A DNA stretch of 64,000 bases. It comes from the human T2T-CHM13v2.0 reference genome, Homo sapiens. This document shows positions 49,404-63,473 of this stretch, piece after piece. The stretch's first letter is position 1, and the number at the start of each line of letters is the position of its first letter. The notes under the pieces were generated by a model that saw only the letters and a program-made list of their open reading frames with translations, had not been told where the DNA came from and made no database searches. The position numbers were made by a program, and so were the translations under genes. The DNA is taken from the NCBI RefSeq assembly GCF_009914755.1, contig NC_060944.1. One strand, 5' to 3'.

Positions 49404-49590
49404 CACTCAGCACAGTGCTTCCGAGGTCGCTCAGCAGGGGGCTTCCGAGGTCGCTCAGCACGGGGCTTCCGGGGTCGCTCAGCACGGGGCTTCCGGGGTC
49501 GCTCAGCACGGCACTTCCGAGGTCGCTCAGCACGGGGCTTCCGAGGTCACTCAGCATAGTGCTTCCGAGGTCGCTCAGCACAGCGCTTCC
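49404..49590. repeat. 24-bp minisatellite (~7.5 copies) inside the L1 3' UTR
   Basis: Unit CGCTCAGCACGGGGCTTCCGAGGT with variants. Confidence 0.92.
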
Positions 49591-49848
49591 AAAGTTATTT
49601 ACCTGGTAGCGAGTGTCAGACTTCCTTCATTTTTCTGGCTGAATCCTATTCCCATGGGTGGATGGACCGCATTTTGTCCTCCATTCATCTGCTGGGGGCA
49701 ACTGTGCTGTTTCCACCTTTCAGCCATTGTGAGTAACGCTGGTATGGGAGCCTGAGTGTCTGTTTGGGTGTTTGTCTTCATTCTTCCGGACCTACCCTTG
49801 GGAGTGGAATTGCTGGATCGTAAGGCAGTTCGGTGTTCCACTATTTGA

Positions 49849-50173
<325 letters not shown>

Positions 50174-50364
50174 TGATTCACATTTCCCTAGTGACCAGTG
50201 AGTGCTGTTGAGCATCTTTTCATGTGCTTATTGGCCATTTTATATCTTATTTGGAGAAACATCTATTCGAGTCCTTTGCCTATTTTTAAATGGAATTTTT
50301 TTGTTGTTGAAGTGTAGCAGTTCTTTATAAATCCTGGGTATTAAAACCCTTATCAGATATATGA

Positions 50365-50713
<349 letters not shown>

Positions 50714-50745
50714 TGACGTTTCACTTTCTTGATAGTGTCTTTTAA

Positions 50746-51195
<450 letters not shown>

Positions 51196-53103
51196 TAGTT
51201 TTAGCTCTTACATTTAGGTCTTTGATCCATTTCATGTTAATTTTTGTATATGTTGTAAGATAAATGTCCAACTTCATTGTTTTGCATGTGTAAATACCTT
51301 TTTCCCAGCATCGTTTGTTGAGGAGGCTGCCCTTTCCTCACTGGTGTTGGTCCCTTATTCAAAGTCAATGGACCATGTATATGGGGGTTCATATGGGGGT
51401 TCTCTGTTCTACTCCATTGGCCTCTACATCCATCCTTTTACCAGCAGCACATTATCTTGATGACTGTAGCTTTATGAGTAAGTTTTGAAATCAGAAAACG
51501 TGAGTTCTCCAAGTTTGTTCTTCGTTTTCAAGATCGTTTGGGCTATTTAGGGTTCCGGAAGTTCTATATGAATTTTAGGATAAAGGTTTTCAATTTTTGC
51601 AAAAATTGCTGTTGGGATTTTGATAAGGATGACGTTGAATCTGTGGATTGTTTTGAGTAGTACTCTCATCTTAACAACAGTAAGTCCTCCAGTCTGTGAA
51701 CACGGGTGACTTTCCATTTATTTGTGTCTTCTTAATTTCTTTCATCAACGTCTTGTAGTTTTCAGCATACAAGTCTTTTTCCTCCTGGGTTGAATTTATT
51801 CCTAAGCATCTGATTCGTTTCGATGCTATCGTAAGTGGGGTTCTTTTCTTTTCGGATTGCTCATTGCTAGTGTCCAGCTGACTTCTAAGTAGTGATTTTG
51901 TACCCTGAATCTTTGCTGAGTTCATTTATTAGGTTTAACAGTTTTTTTTTTTTTTAATGGTTCTCTGGGCTTTTCTACATGGTGCATATCATCTGCAAAT
52001 ACGTGCCATTTTAGTTCTTCCTTTCCAACTTGGATACCTTTTGTTCCTTTTTCTTGCCTAATTGCTCTGGCTAAAACTCCCAGTATTGTGTTGAATAGAA
52101 GTGGCAAAAGCAGGCATCCTTGTCTTTTTCCTGATCTTGGGGAGAAGCTTTCAGTCTCGTACCATTGACTGTAATGTCAGTTGTGGGTTTTTCATAGATG
52201 ACTTGATTTACTAAATTTTACTAAGGATATTTTGGTTTACGTTCATGAGGGATAATATCTTATAGTCTGTTCGTGTCTTTGCCTGGCTTTGATACCAGAG
52301 TAATTCTGGTTTCATAGAATGAATTAGAAAGTGTTTCCTCATCCTCTACCTTCTGAGGATTTTGTGTGAGATTGCTGTTATTTCTTCTGTAAATATGTGA
52401 TGGAGTTTACTAGTGAAGCCAGTGCTATTTGGGCATTAATTTCTTTACTTGTTGTGGGTGTCTTCAGGTTTTCTCTTTCTTCCTGAACTCATTTTGGTAA
52501 TTTGTGTCATTCTAGGAATTTGTCCATTTCATCTAAGTTGTCAAACGGTTGGCATAAAATGGTTCATAATGCTCCTTTATAATCCTTTTAATTTCAATAG
52601 GATCAGTAGCAGTGTTCTCTCTTTTATTCCTGATTTTAGTAATTTGTGTCTTCTCTCTTTTTTTCATGGGCATTCTTGCTAAACATTTATCCACTTTGTT
52701 GATTTTTTTCAAAAAATCAAGTTTGATGCTGCTGGTTTTCTGTATCGGCTTTCTGTTTTCTGCTGCACTGCTGTTCACTCTGGTCTTTTATATTATCTTC
52801 CTTCTGCTTGGTTGGGGTTGGATTTGTTCTTCTTTTTCTTGTTTCTTTTGGTGGAAGATTATATTATTGATTATATTATTGATATAATATGATTATATTA
52901 TTGACCTTTTTGCCTTTGAAATATGGGTATTTAAAGTTATGAATTTCCTGCTTTAGCTAGATCTCATGCGTTTTGGTATGTTGTGGTTTTGTTTTCATAA
53001 GTTCAAATTATTTTCTAATTTTCTTTTTTGTGATTTCTTTTTTGACTCATGGGTTATTTAGAAATGTGTTGTTTAGCTCTCAAATATCAACTTATTTCTC
53101 CAG

Positions 53104-53411
53104 TTTATTTTTATTTTTATTTTTTGAAATGGAGTCTGGCTCTGTTGCCCAGGCTGAATGAAATGCAGTGGTGTGATCTCAGCTCACTGTAACCTCTGCC
53201 TCTCAGGTTCAAGTGATTCTCCTGCCTTAGCCTCCTGTGCAGCTGGGATTACAGGCACATGCCATAATGCCCAGCTAATTTTTGTATTTTTAGTAGAGAT
53301 GGGGTTTCACCATGTTGGCCAGGCCGGTCTCGAACTCCTGACCTCAGGTGATCCACCCACCTTGGCCTCCCACAGCACTAGGATTACAGGCACGGGCCAC
53401 CGTGCCTGGCT
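53104..53411 (-). mobile_element. AluS, full length
   Basis: Both arms in reverse. Confidence 0.92.
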
Positions 53412-55381
53412 ATTTCTGTTCTTGGTTTCTAATTTAATTCCATTGTATTAGAGAACATACCTTGTACGATTTAAATACTTTTAAATGAGTGAGACTTGCT
53501 CTGGGTCTAGCCTACGGGCTCTCCTGAAAAGTGTGGCACTGCTGCTGAGTGCTGTCATCATGGGGAGCGATCTATAAATAAGAGTTTGGGTAAGTTGGTT
53601 GACAGTGCTGTTAAAGTCTTCTGTGTCCTTACTGGTACTCTGTGTAGATGCTTTATTCGTTATGGAGAATGGGCATCGCAATCTCTCATGATAATTATTG
53701 AATAATATATTTCTCTTTTCAGTTCTGTCTCATTTTACTTCATATATTTTGGAGTTCTCTTGTTAGGCACGTATATACATTTATGTCTTTCTGTCAATAT
53801 TGACCCTTTTATCCTTATAAAATGTCCTCTGTCTCTAGTATTTTTTTCCTTGAAGTCTATTTTGTCAGATGGAATATCTGTGTTCCACCTCTGTTGCAGT
53901 TGTTATTTGCATCATGTGTATTTTTCTGTCCTTTTGCTTTCAGTGTATTTGCATCTTGAAATTTAAAGCATGTCTCTTATAGATGGCATGCAGTTGGGCC
54001 TGGAGTAGTTTATCCAGTCCAATAATTTCTGCCACCCGACAGTGTCGTTGTTGGTTTAGTGGCATTTTTGTCTCTGACGTTTTGTTCCTTGCTTTCTACA
54101 TGTCTCGTGTCTTTTTTGTTTCTGTTCCTCCTTTACTGCCTTCTTTTGTGTTAAGCAAATATATCTCAGTTACCCTGTTAGCTAATTCTGCTGCCGATTG
54201 TGTTAATTGTTAACCATGTTTTGAGTTGTGTTCTTAGTGATTCTCCAGGAAACCAGTATATATCTTAATGTATTACAATCTACATCAGGTGAATACTGAC
54301 TTAATTCCAGTAAAATGTCACCTCTGATCCAGGACAGAGCCGTTCCCGCCTGAATTGTGACTGCACACCCAGTTTGTCCCTGTGTCCCTCTAGCCTGAGG
54401 GTGGCGTTGGCTTCCTGTAGTTGAGACTTTCCGAGTTGCTCCTCATCCCCATGGGGACCTTCTCACACCTCTTCAACCGGCATCCCATATCGAACCCCTG
54501 GGTATGTGCTGTTTTCTCCCATGGACTCCAATGGGTGCAGGCATCTCCACCTGCTGTGGCCCTGACCCTCCCCTTCCTCTCGATGTTCATGGGGCATTTA
54601 GGGGCTTCGTCTGGGGATGGATTAAAGGGCCTGGGCTCCTGGGGAGGAGCTCCCCTGTTCTCCCGGGCTTTCCTCGGTCTCCCACTCCCCTCACCCTTTG
54701 TGGATTTTCCTGGGGGATTTTACTTTATTAAACGTTCATGAGCAGATATTCTGCTGCCAGGAAAGAAAAGCAATGACCAGAGATTCGGCTGTGAAAAAAA
54801 GAAAATGGAGGGGTTGGGACACCATATCATTCATAGGACCCCTTCATTCCAAAGCTCAGCATTGGGCTGAGGCCTGGGCGGAGGGCAATGGAGAGGTGCA
54901 GCGTGGGGGCTGAGTGCGGCTTGGCTGGGTCCCCACCGGTGGCCACGGCACCTGCAAGGCCACAGGGACCCCATGCGGGGAATCCGTGGGCCTCTGTCGT
55001 GAACTGCAGCCAGGGACCCTGAAGGGCTCGGGCAGCTGGGGTGCTCTCTGCTTCTGCTGCACGCCTGGCTGGTGCCTGAGCAGCTCTGCGATGCGCATCA
55101 TGGTCGGGGCTGTTTTGGGGCCGTTTCCAACACCAGCAGCGTCGTGGCTCCACAGCAGCAAGGCTTCCTGAAGGAAGAAGGGGGCTTCGCAGTATAGTTC
55201 GAGTCGGGCTCTGTTTCTTTCCATCCCAAACACATAGAGACGACCAAGGCCCTGATCCCAAAAGAAGAACCCAGGCTGCCGGCGATCCTGGGGACAACGA
55301 TGTTAACTCAGGGACAGGCGCAGTCTCTGGACCAGGCCAGGTCGTGGTGCACACACTCGATCTCTGCAGCGTTTCCCACAT

Positions 55382-56033
55382 GGGCACTGCGGACCGGGAA
55401 TGTCAGGGGAACGCGGGCACCGTGGACCGGGAATGCCAGGGGATCGTGGGCAGCGCCGACCGGGAATGTCAGGGGAACACGGGCACTGCCGACCGGGAAT
55501 GTCAGGGGAACGGGGGCACTGCAGACCGGGAATGTCAGGGGAACGTGGGCACTGCGGACCGGGAATGTCAGGGGAACGTGGGCACGGCTGACCGGGAATG
55601 TCAGGGGAACGCGGGCACGGCCGACCGGGAATGTCAGGGGAACGTGGGCACTGTGGACCGGGAATGTCAGGGGAACGCGGGCACGGCTGACCGGGAATGC
55701 CAGGGGAACGCGGGCACTGCGGACCGGGAATGCCAGGGGAACACGGGCACTGCCGACCGGGAATGTCAGGGGAACGTGGGCACGGCCGACCGGGAATGCC
55801 AGGGGAACACGGGCACTGTGGACCGGGAATGTCAGGGGATCGTGGGCACTGTGGACTGGGAATGCCAGGGGAACACGGGCACCGCGGACCGGGAATGTCA
55901 GGGGAACGCGGGCACGGCTGACCGGGAATGTCAGGGGATCGCGGGCACTGCCGACCGGGAATGTCGGGAACGCAGGCACTGCGGACCGGGAATGTCAGCA
56001 GAACGGGGGCACTGCGGACCGGGAATGTCAGGG
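55382..56033. repeat. 33-bp minisatellite, ~20 copies
   Basis: Unit GGGCACTGCGGACCGGGAATG(T/C)CAGGGGAACGC with variants. Confidence 0.96.
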
Positions 56034-56682
56034 CAAGAGGGAAGTTGTTTGCTAGCTTGTCATATGTTTAGCTAATTATTTAATTTCCCTAATTTAAAGT
56101 TTCACCGGATTAACATCAAAACAAAAATCTTGTGATTGCAGCATCATAAAGCAATAATGTAATTAACTTGTTTAGGGTAACTTACTAACTTGGCTGATTG
56201 CAAGGCATGGGGTCTGGGGGCACCACACTTGAGGTGGTCGGGGCGCTTGTCAGGCCCAGGCTCCTGGCCTCAGCGCGGCGCCCAGCTCCCGGTGCACAGG
56301 GCTCCCAGGCCCCGGTGAGGATCAGGCCACTGTGCCGCCTCAGGGAGTGGGTGCCGGCCTCACCCCCAGGGCTGGGGCTCTCACTCAGGCTGCGGGCAGG
56401 CATCTCCTTGGCCCAGAAGCTCTGACCTTGGCCACAGTTGGGTTTTGAGCACGCAGCCCAGCAGAAATGCCGTTCCGAAGCCGTGCAGGCTGTGCAGGCC
56501 GGGACACCCTGCTAACCAGGAGTGGAATTGAGAACAGGATTTCTCTACACCACGAGTTCCTCCCAGAACTCTGGAACAGATTCCAATGTTGTTTGAAAAG
56601 TTACCAAACCCTGTTTGATCAGCATCCATTGCTGAGAGAGCAGCTTTCTCTCTTCCCCTTTTCCTCCTCCCCTCTCCCACCT

Positions 56683-56908
56683 CAGCTTCCACAGAGGTGG
56701 CGTGCATGGCGGGAACCGTCTGTCCTATCGGAGCCTGGAGACCCTGGGTCTTTCCCTTCAGCAGCTTCCACAGAGGTGGCCTGCATGGCGGGAACCCTCT
56801 GTCCTATCGGAGCCTGGAGACCCCGGGTCTTTCCCTTCAGCAGCTTCCACAGAGGTGGCGTGCATGGCGGGAACCCTCTGTCCTATCGGAGCCTGGAGAC
56901 CCCGGGTC
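56683..56908. repeat. 79-bp tandem repeat, ~3 copies
   Basis: CAGCTTCCACAGAGGTGG starts at 56683, 56762 and 56841. Confidence 0.93.
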
Positions 56909-57558
56909 CTTCACTTCAGAAATCCCTGCCATCTGGTTTTGAGACTGGCTTTGGGGGACAGTGGCCCTGGTGGGGATTCGGGCATGAAAGGCCCCCTGTT
57001 GAGGTCGAGCCTGGCAGCATGGGGGGACTCGCTCGTCTTCGTGGTGGGCCTCACAGACACAGCCATCTGGGCACACAAGAGCATTCTGGCCGTGCATGTG
57101 TGCAAATGAGAACCGTGTGCTTCAGAAACAGACTGGAGCGTGTGGGGACAGACGGGAACTCACACACACGTGAGCTGCCCCAGGCCCAGCAGACACTGAA
57201 CGTGAGGTGGCTTGCTACAGCCAGTGGGCAGAAGGGGCAGGTTTTGGTGTTGGGAACCCAGTCCCCGAGGCTGAGAAACTGCCCACAAACCTCCTGCTGT
57301 TCTTTGAAGTGAGGGGTTCATTTTGCGTGGAGCCCGGAGCACAGAGCAGGCCCCATACCACCAGGCAAAGCCCACCTGGCTCACCTGCTCCCTAGCCCCG
57401 AGATGGTTTCAGGATGAGGCAGTGTGGTCAATTTGGAGAAAAATCATAAAACCAATTCAAGCCTGGCTGCCCAGGTTTTGGGATCCACCAACTGGGCTGC
57501 TTTTTCTCAATTTTAGCCACATCGCCCTCAGTTCGAGGAAGTACTTCCCATGAGCTTG

Positions 57559-57943
57559 TGCTATGGTGTGAATGTTTGTGTCCCTCCAAAATTCACACTG
57601 AAACGTCATCCCCAGTGCCATAGTACGGAGCCTTCGGGAGGTCAGTAGGCCGGGAAGGCTCTGCCCTCACCAATAGATTAGTGCCAGTAGATACAAGGGC
57701 GGGAGGGATGAGTCCGTTCCTTCTCTCCCTTCTGCCATGTGAGGACACAGCACCGCTCCCCTCCAGAGGACACGGCAGCAAGGCACCATCGCAGAAGCCA
57801 GGAGCCGCTGTCCCCAGACTCGAGGCTGCAGTGCCTTGGTCTTGCACTTCCTGGCTTCCAGAACTGCGTGAAATACATTTCAATGCTTTATAAATGACCC
57901 AATCACAGGTGTTCTGTTACAGCAGCACAAACACACTAAGACA
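57559..57943 (+). mobile_element. MST-family (MSTD-like) MaLR solo LTR
   Basis: TGCTATGG..TGTCCCTCCAAAATTCA ... GCAGCACAAAC..ACTAAGACA; TG..CA ends; perfect 5-bp TSD GCTTG (57554-57558 / 57944-57948). Confidence 0.85.
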
Positions 57944-58892
57944 GCTTGGTAGAATTTTCTAGAAGCTATCTGCTGATTAAACAACAGGGAAAAGGTGGAG
58001 TCTGAGAGGGAGTAGTGTGTGAAGGGGCCCTGCTGGGAGAGGTTTTGGGAATCTGTGGGCGGCTTTATAGTTCTTGGCACTTTCATTTTCCTCTTGGGGG
58101 TCGGTTTGGTCTAGGTTCCCCCAGTGCCAACTCTGACCTAATGGGGGTTGGGTTTATCTGACAGGTGATTGCAGGAGGAGAGGGATGGAGGAAAACAGTG
58201 CCCAGGCTGGGACAAAGGGGGCTCGGCTCTACCGGCATTTATCCACCATCCCATCTCTCGGTGCGTTGACGCCCTGGGGAGCTCACCCCCAGGCAGAAGA
58301 GCACAGGTGCCTGGTGTGTTCGTGAAGCATCCTCAGAACCTGGGGGGGTGTCTAGGGTCCTCAGAACCTGGCATGGAGGGGGGTGTCTAGGGTGGGCTGA
58401 AGGGCATGCACAGCATCTCCCTTTAGGAGGAGGAAGCACCTGCCATCCAGCAACCCGCCGTGAGCGCCGTACTGCACAGTCCTCCCTCACCTCTCCGAGG
58501 ACAGACTCTCCTGCAACTGAGGAGCTGGATGTCTGCCTTTTCTTACATTCTACATCTACCCTCCCTTTCTGAGTGGTGTCAGATCCTCGGCTTGGGAAGA
58601 AAATGCAGGCTGTGGTCTCTCAGACAGCTCTTCATGGTGACACATTTGCTCGGCACCTGCTGTGTCCCCAGATCAATGCCAGTGGCCTGGGGTCAGAGGG
58701 CAGGTGCACGATTTGGGTCCAGTTTTTCCCAGTGGGTCATATGTGGATCTGGGGCAAGAACCACCACCCAAGAGGACGCTACTGGCATGCAGCCCTGAGC
58801 ATTTTTCTGTTTTTCTTTCTCAGCTTTACATGTTCAGGGTGTAGTCAGATGGCTGTGTGCAACTGCAGTTCACTTTCAAAGCTGTGTATCTG

Positions 58893-59118
58893 TTTTGCGA
58901 ATGTGCCGCCGTTTCTTTACCTGCTCATTGGCTGGTTTTGTGGATGTGCTACCATCTCATTGGTCAGTTTTGTGAATGTGCTGCTGTCTATTTACCTGCT
59001 CATTGGTCGGTTTTGTGGATGTGCTACCATCTCATTGGTCAGTTTTGTGAATGTGCCACTATCTATTTACCTGCTCATTGGTCGGTTTTGTGGATGTGCC
59101 GCCGTCTCATTGGTTGGT
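58893..59118. repeat. 75-bp tandem repeat, 3 copies
   Basis: TTTTG(C/T)GAATGTGC starts at 58893, 58968 and 59043. Confidence 0.9.
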
Positions 59119-59479
59119 GGCATTTGCGTGGTCCTCAGCTTTGGGTTGTTTTAGACTCAGCTTCCTGAACACTCTTGTCCGGGTCTCTCATCTTCTGAAC
59201 ACTCTTGTCCAGGTCTCGCATCTTTCACTTTGGCTGTTCTGTGGGTGTGTCGTGCGTCTCATTGTTTGATGACTGAATCGCCATTATAATAGCATGAAGG
59301 TGCAGCTCACAAGCGTCCACACAGGCGAATTCACGTGGTGGCTCCAGAGGAATGTTGGCCTTGCAGAGTCTTGGCATCTCCGTGGCTTCCCATGAGCCTG
59401 CGAGAATGCTGGGCCTGTGATGGTGACAGCGAGTCTTCCCTGTCCTCAGGGGTGCGGCCTTCACCTTGGAAACATCATT

Positions 59480-59993
59480 TGTCCCCCTCTGTTTGGGTTC
59501 AAGTCAGGTTCAGTGACTCACTAGAAAGACAGACCTGAGAAACGCAGTTCTAGTCCCGATTATGGTTTATTAAAACAAAAAGACGCGTTAAACTCAGTGA
59601 AGAGGAGACGCTTGTGGAGCAGTCATGGGCGGCAGGCATGAGCTGCTGGGAGTGCTCTCCCGTGGAGCTGTATACACAGCACTGTTTCTCCCAGCAGCCA
59701 GCCCGGGAGGCTCGCCTGAGCTTTGGTGGCCATGGTTTTTACTGGGGCTCAGTCATGTAGACTTGGAGTCCCTGTGTGGCTGACCCTAGTTACTCAGTCT
59801 CAAGCTGACCCTGTGTGGCCCCAACCTGAAATCCCATCATTTCCTTAGACTACCCAACGTGGCCCAAAGCCCCCAAAATACAATGTTCTAATGGCTCAGG
59901 ATGGCTTCCCAGGTGCTCGTTAATTGCTGGACTTTTATTTGGAATGTGTGGGGTGTGGGCAGCCCAGGCCTGCTGAGCTCACCGTCACTGCAC
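59480..59993 (-). mobile_element. ERVL LTR (MER77/MER68/MER21 group)
   Basis: TCAGGTTCAGTGACTCACTAGAA..TATGGTTTATTA..GTGGCTGACC..GTGGCCCAAAGCCCCCA..TTTGGAATGTG..GCCTGCTGAG..ACTGCAC. Confidence 0.65.
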
Positions 59994-60619
59994 GCCCTCT
60001 GATGTGGCCTGGCTCCAGGCTGTTGGCAATCTGACCCTCACTCCTGGGGTTTCCACAACTGTGAGTTCCCTGGCGGGCCCCTGAGGGAAGTTCTAGAGAA
60101 GAAAGAGGAACACAGGATCAGCCTCAGGCTCTGGGAGGAGAACTGGACCCCATTGTTTGGGCTTGGACAGCTGTCCAATTGCTCAGGACCTGGGTGCTGG
60201 GTGGAGGCCTCATCAGCAAGTGTCCTGACTCCACGGGTGGAGGGATCTCACACTGCCCACCACAGTGGCAGCCTCAGAGTAAGCACGAGCCTCTCGCCCT
60301 CCATGCGTGTATAAACAACATGGCTGGTGGGTGCCTAGGCCCCCAGGGAGGCCCCTGGTATGAGGCCAGCGGAGGGGGCGGGTAGGGAGGAGCCCTCTCT
60401 CTTGCACTTAGGTCTCTGGAGTGACAGGGATGGCCCTGCCCCACTGACCCAGGCGTTCACCCCAGAGAAGCGTGCAGGCAGGTGAGAAGCTTGTTTGGAC
60501 CTGAAGACCAGCCTGAGCGAGGAGAGTCTTGTGCAGACGGTTTATCCAGGAGGAGCCCGGGGAGAGGGGGGTGGGAAAAGCCACAGTTTTGGAGGTCAGC
60601 AAGGTCATGTGGGGGCAGA

Positions 60620-61515
<896 letters not shown>

Positions 61516-62625
61516 GCCAGGACCCTTCTTCCAGGACCCCTGAGAAGCGCATAGAATAGCGTCCAGGACTGTCTGCCCCAGGCACGCTGACCACTGGCTC
61601 CACTCCCCTGGGCAAGGGTCGCCCCTGGGCTGCTGCCTCCCAGCGACACAGGCAGGACCCAGAAGCCTGGTAGAAAGTGACCATGTGTGGCAGGTACAAG
61701 AGGCCGAGTGCGGTCAACTTGAAGGGACAGGAAGCCTGCAGGCAGTGACCACTCTCTAGGCTGTGCTCAGAGGAGAGGCCAAGGGGACACAGGCACCAGG
61801 GCCGTGGGACACACCTGGGCTACCCCAGCTCCTATCAGGCAAGCACCTGGAGCCTCACTGTGGAGGGGAGACTGTGGCCGCCGGGGCGAGGGTGACACAG
61901 GGACACCTGCTGGAGAGGGGAACCCAGGGCTGGCTCATCCACTGCGGCCATAAAACTTCAGCTTTTCCTGGATGGTCACTGTGCTTGGCCAGAGGTCACT
62001 GGTGGGACCAGACTCTGGCCAGGCTTTGAGACATACGTGCCTTTCCGTGTGGTAGGCCTGACCTTGGAAGGGGAGGCCAAGACCTCCACCCCCTCCCCTC
62101 CGCCCTGGCCTGCGCTGCTGGGAAGTGGATTTGGAGGCTCTGTTGCTCTCTGCACAGCCCCTCCTGGCCTGGCGGCCCTTCTGGAGCCTGGGAGCAGAGG
62201 TGAGGCTGGCATGGGCACGAAATGTGGAAATGCTCCACGCCCCCAGGGCTTGCAGGGGAAGCGACCGACGTAGGTGTGTGGCCCTCAGGGACAGCCCCGG
62301 GAAGGGAAGTGGCCGATGTAGGTGTGTGGCCCTCAGGGACACTCCCAGGAAGGGACTGGGCTGCAGAGGACCCGCTCAGGGAAGCCCGGCCCAGGGCAGG
62401 GCAGGTGCTGACCCTCTGCATCTCTGCCCATGGTGTTTCCCCCACCTGGAGTGCCCTGGCCAGTGGCTCAAATCCTCCATGGCCTCGAGCCTCCCCTTTA
62501 GGTTCCAATGCCGTGCTCCACACAGGGTGCTGTGTCCAGTGTCACTGAGTGAATGGGAGAGTACATGAGGGATACCATCGAGGGGAGTCTCTGCTGGGCC
62601 CCACCTGCTCCCCAACCACACACTC

Positions 62626-62838
62626 CCCCAGACATTCCTCTATCGAGGGCAGTCTCCCCCAGGTCCTACACAGTCCCCCAGCCATTCCTCTATGGAGGGC
62701 AGTCTCCCCCAGGCCCTATACAGTCCCCCAGCCATTCCTCTATCGAGGGCAGTCTCCCCCGGGCCCCACACGCCCCCGCAGCCATTCCTCTATCGAGGGC
62801 AGTCTCGCCCGGGCCCCACACGCTCCCCTAGACATTCT
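62626..62838. repeat. 50-bp tandem repeat, ~4 copies
   Basis: CATTCCTCTATCGAGGGCAGTCTCCCCC..CCCCCAGC with period 50. Confidence 0.9.
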
Positions 62839-62904
62839 TCTGGGCCCCGGGGCATCTGTGTGGCTGCTGGGACCCCCACAGGGGTGGCGGGTGTGGCTGC
62901 CCCT

Positions 62905-63473
62905 GAGAATCATGCTCTGTAGTGTCCCGCCCCTGGTGCAGAGAATCATGCTCTGTAGTGTCCTGCCCCTCGTGCAGAGTATTATGCTCTGTAGTGTCCC
63001 TCCCCTGGTGCAGAGGATCATGCTCTGTAGTGTCCTGCCCCTGGTGCAGAGAATCATGCTCTGTAGTGTTCTCCCTGGTGCAGAGAATCATGCTCTGTAG
63101 TGTCCTCCCCGGTGCAGAGAATCATGCTCTGTAGTGTCCTCACCCCGGTGCAGAGAATCATGCTCTGTAGTGTCCTCCCCGGTGCAGAGAATCATGCTCT
63201 GTAGTGTCCTCCCCCCGGTGCAGAGAATCATGCTCTGTAGTGTCCTGCCCCCAGTGCAGAGAATCATGCTCTGTAGTGTCCTCCCCCCGGTGCAGAGAAT
63301 CATGCTCTGTAGTGTCCTCCCTGGTGCAGAGAATCATGCTCTGTAGTGTCCTCCCCCCAGTGCAGAGAATCATGCTCTGTAGTGTTCTCCCCCCAGTGCA
63401 GAGAATCATGCTCTGTAGTGTCCTCCCCCCGGTGCAGAGAATCATGCTCTGTAGTGTCCTCCCCCTGGTGCAG
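62905..63473. repeat. 34-36-bp minisatellite, ~16 copies
   Basis: Unit GAGAATCATGCTCTGTAGTGTCCTCCCCCCGGTGCA with variable C-run. Confidence 0.95.

Noticed and set aside
55300-56075. Repeat proteins such as TADRECQGNAG or TGNVRGTRA
   Set aside because: 33-bp VNTR open in several frames on both strands
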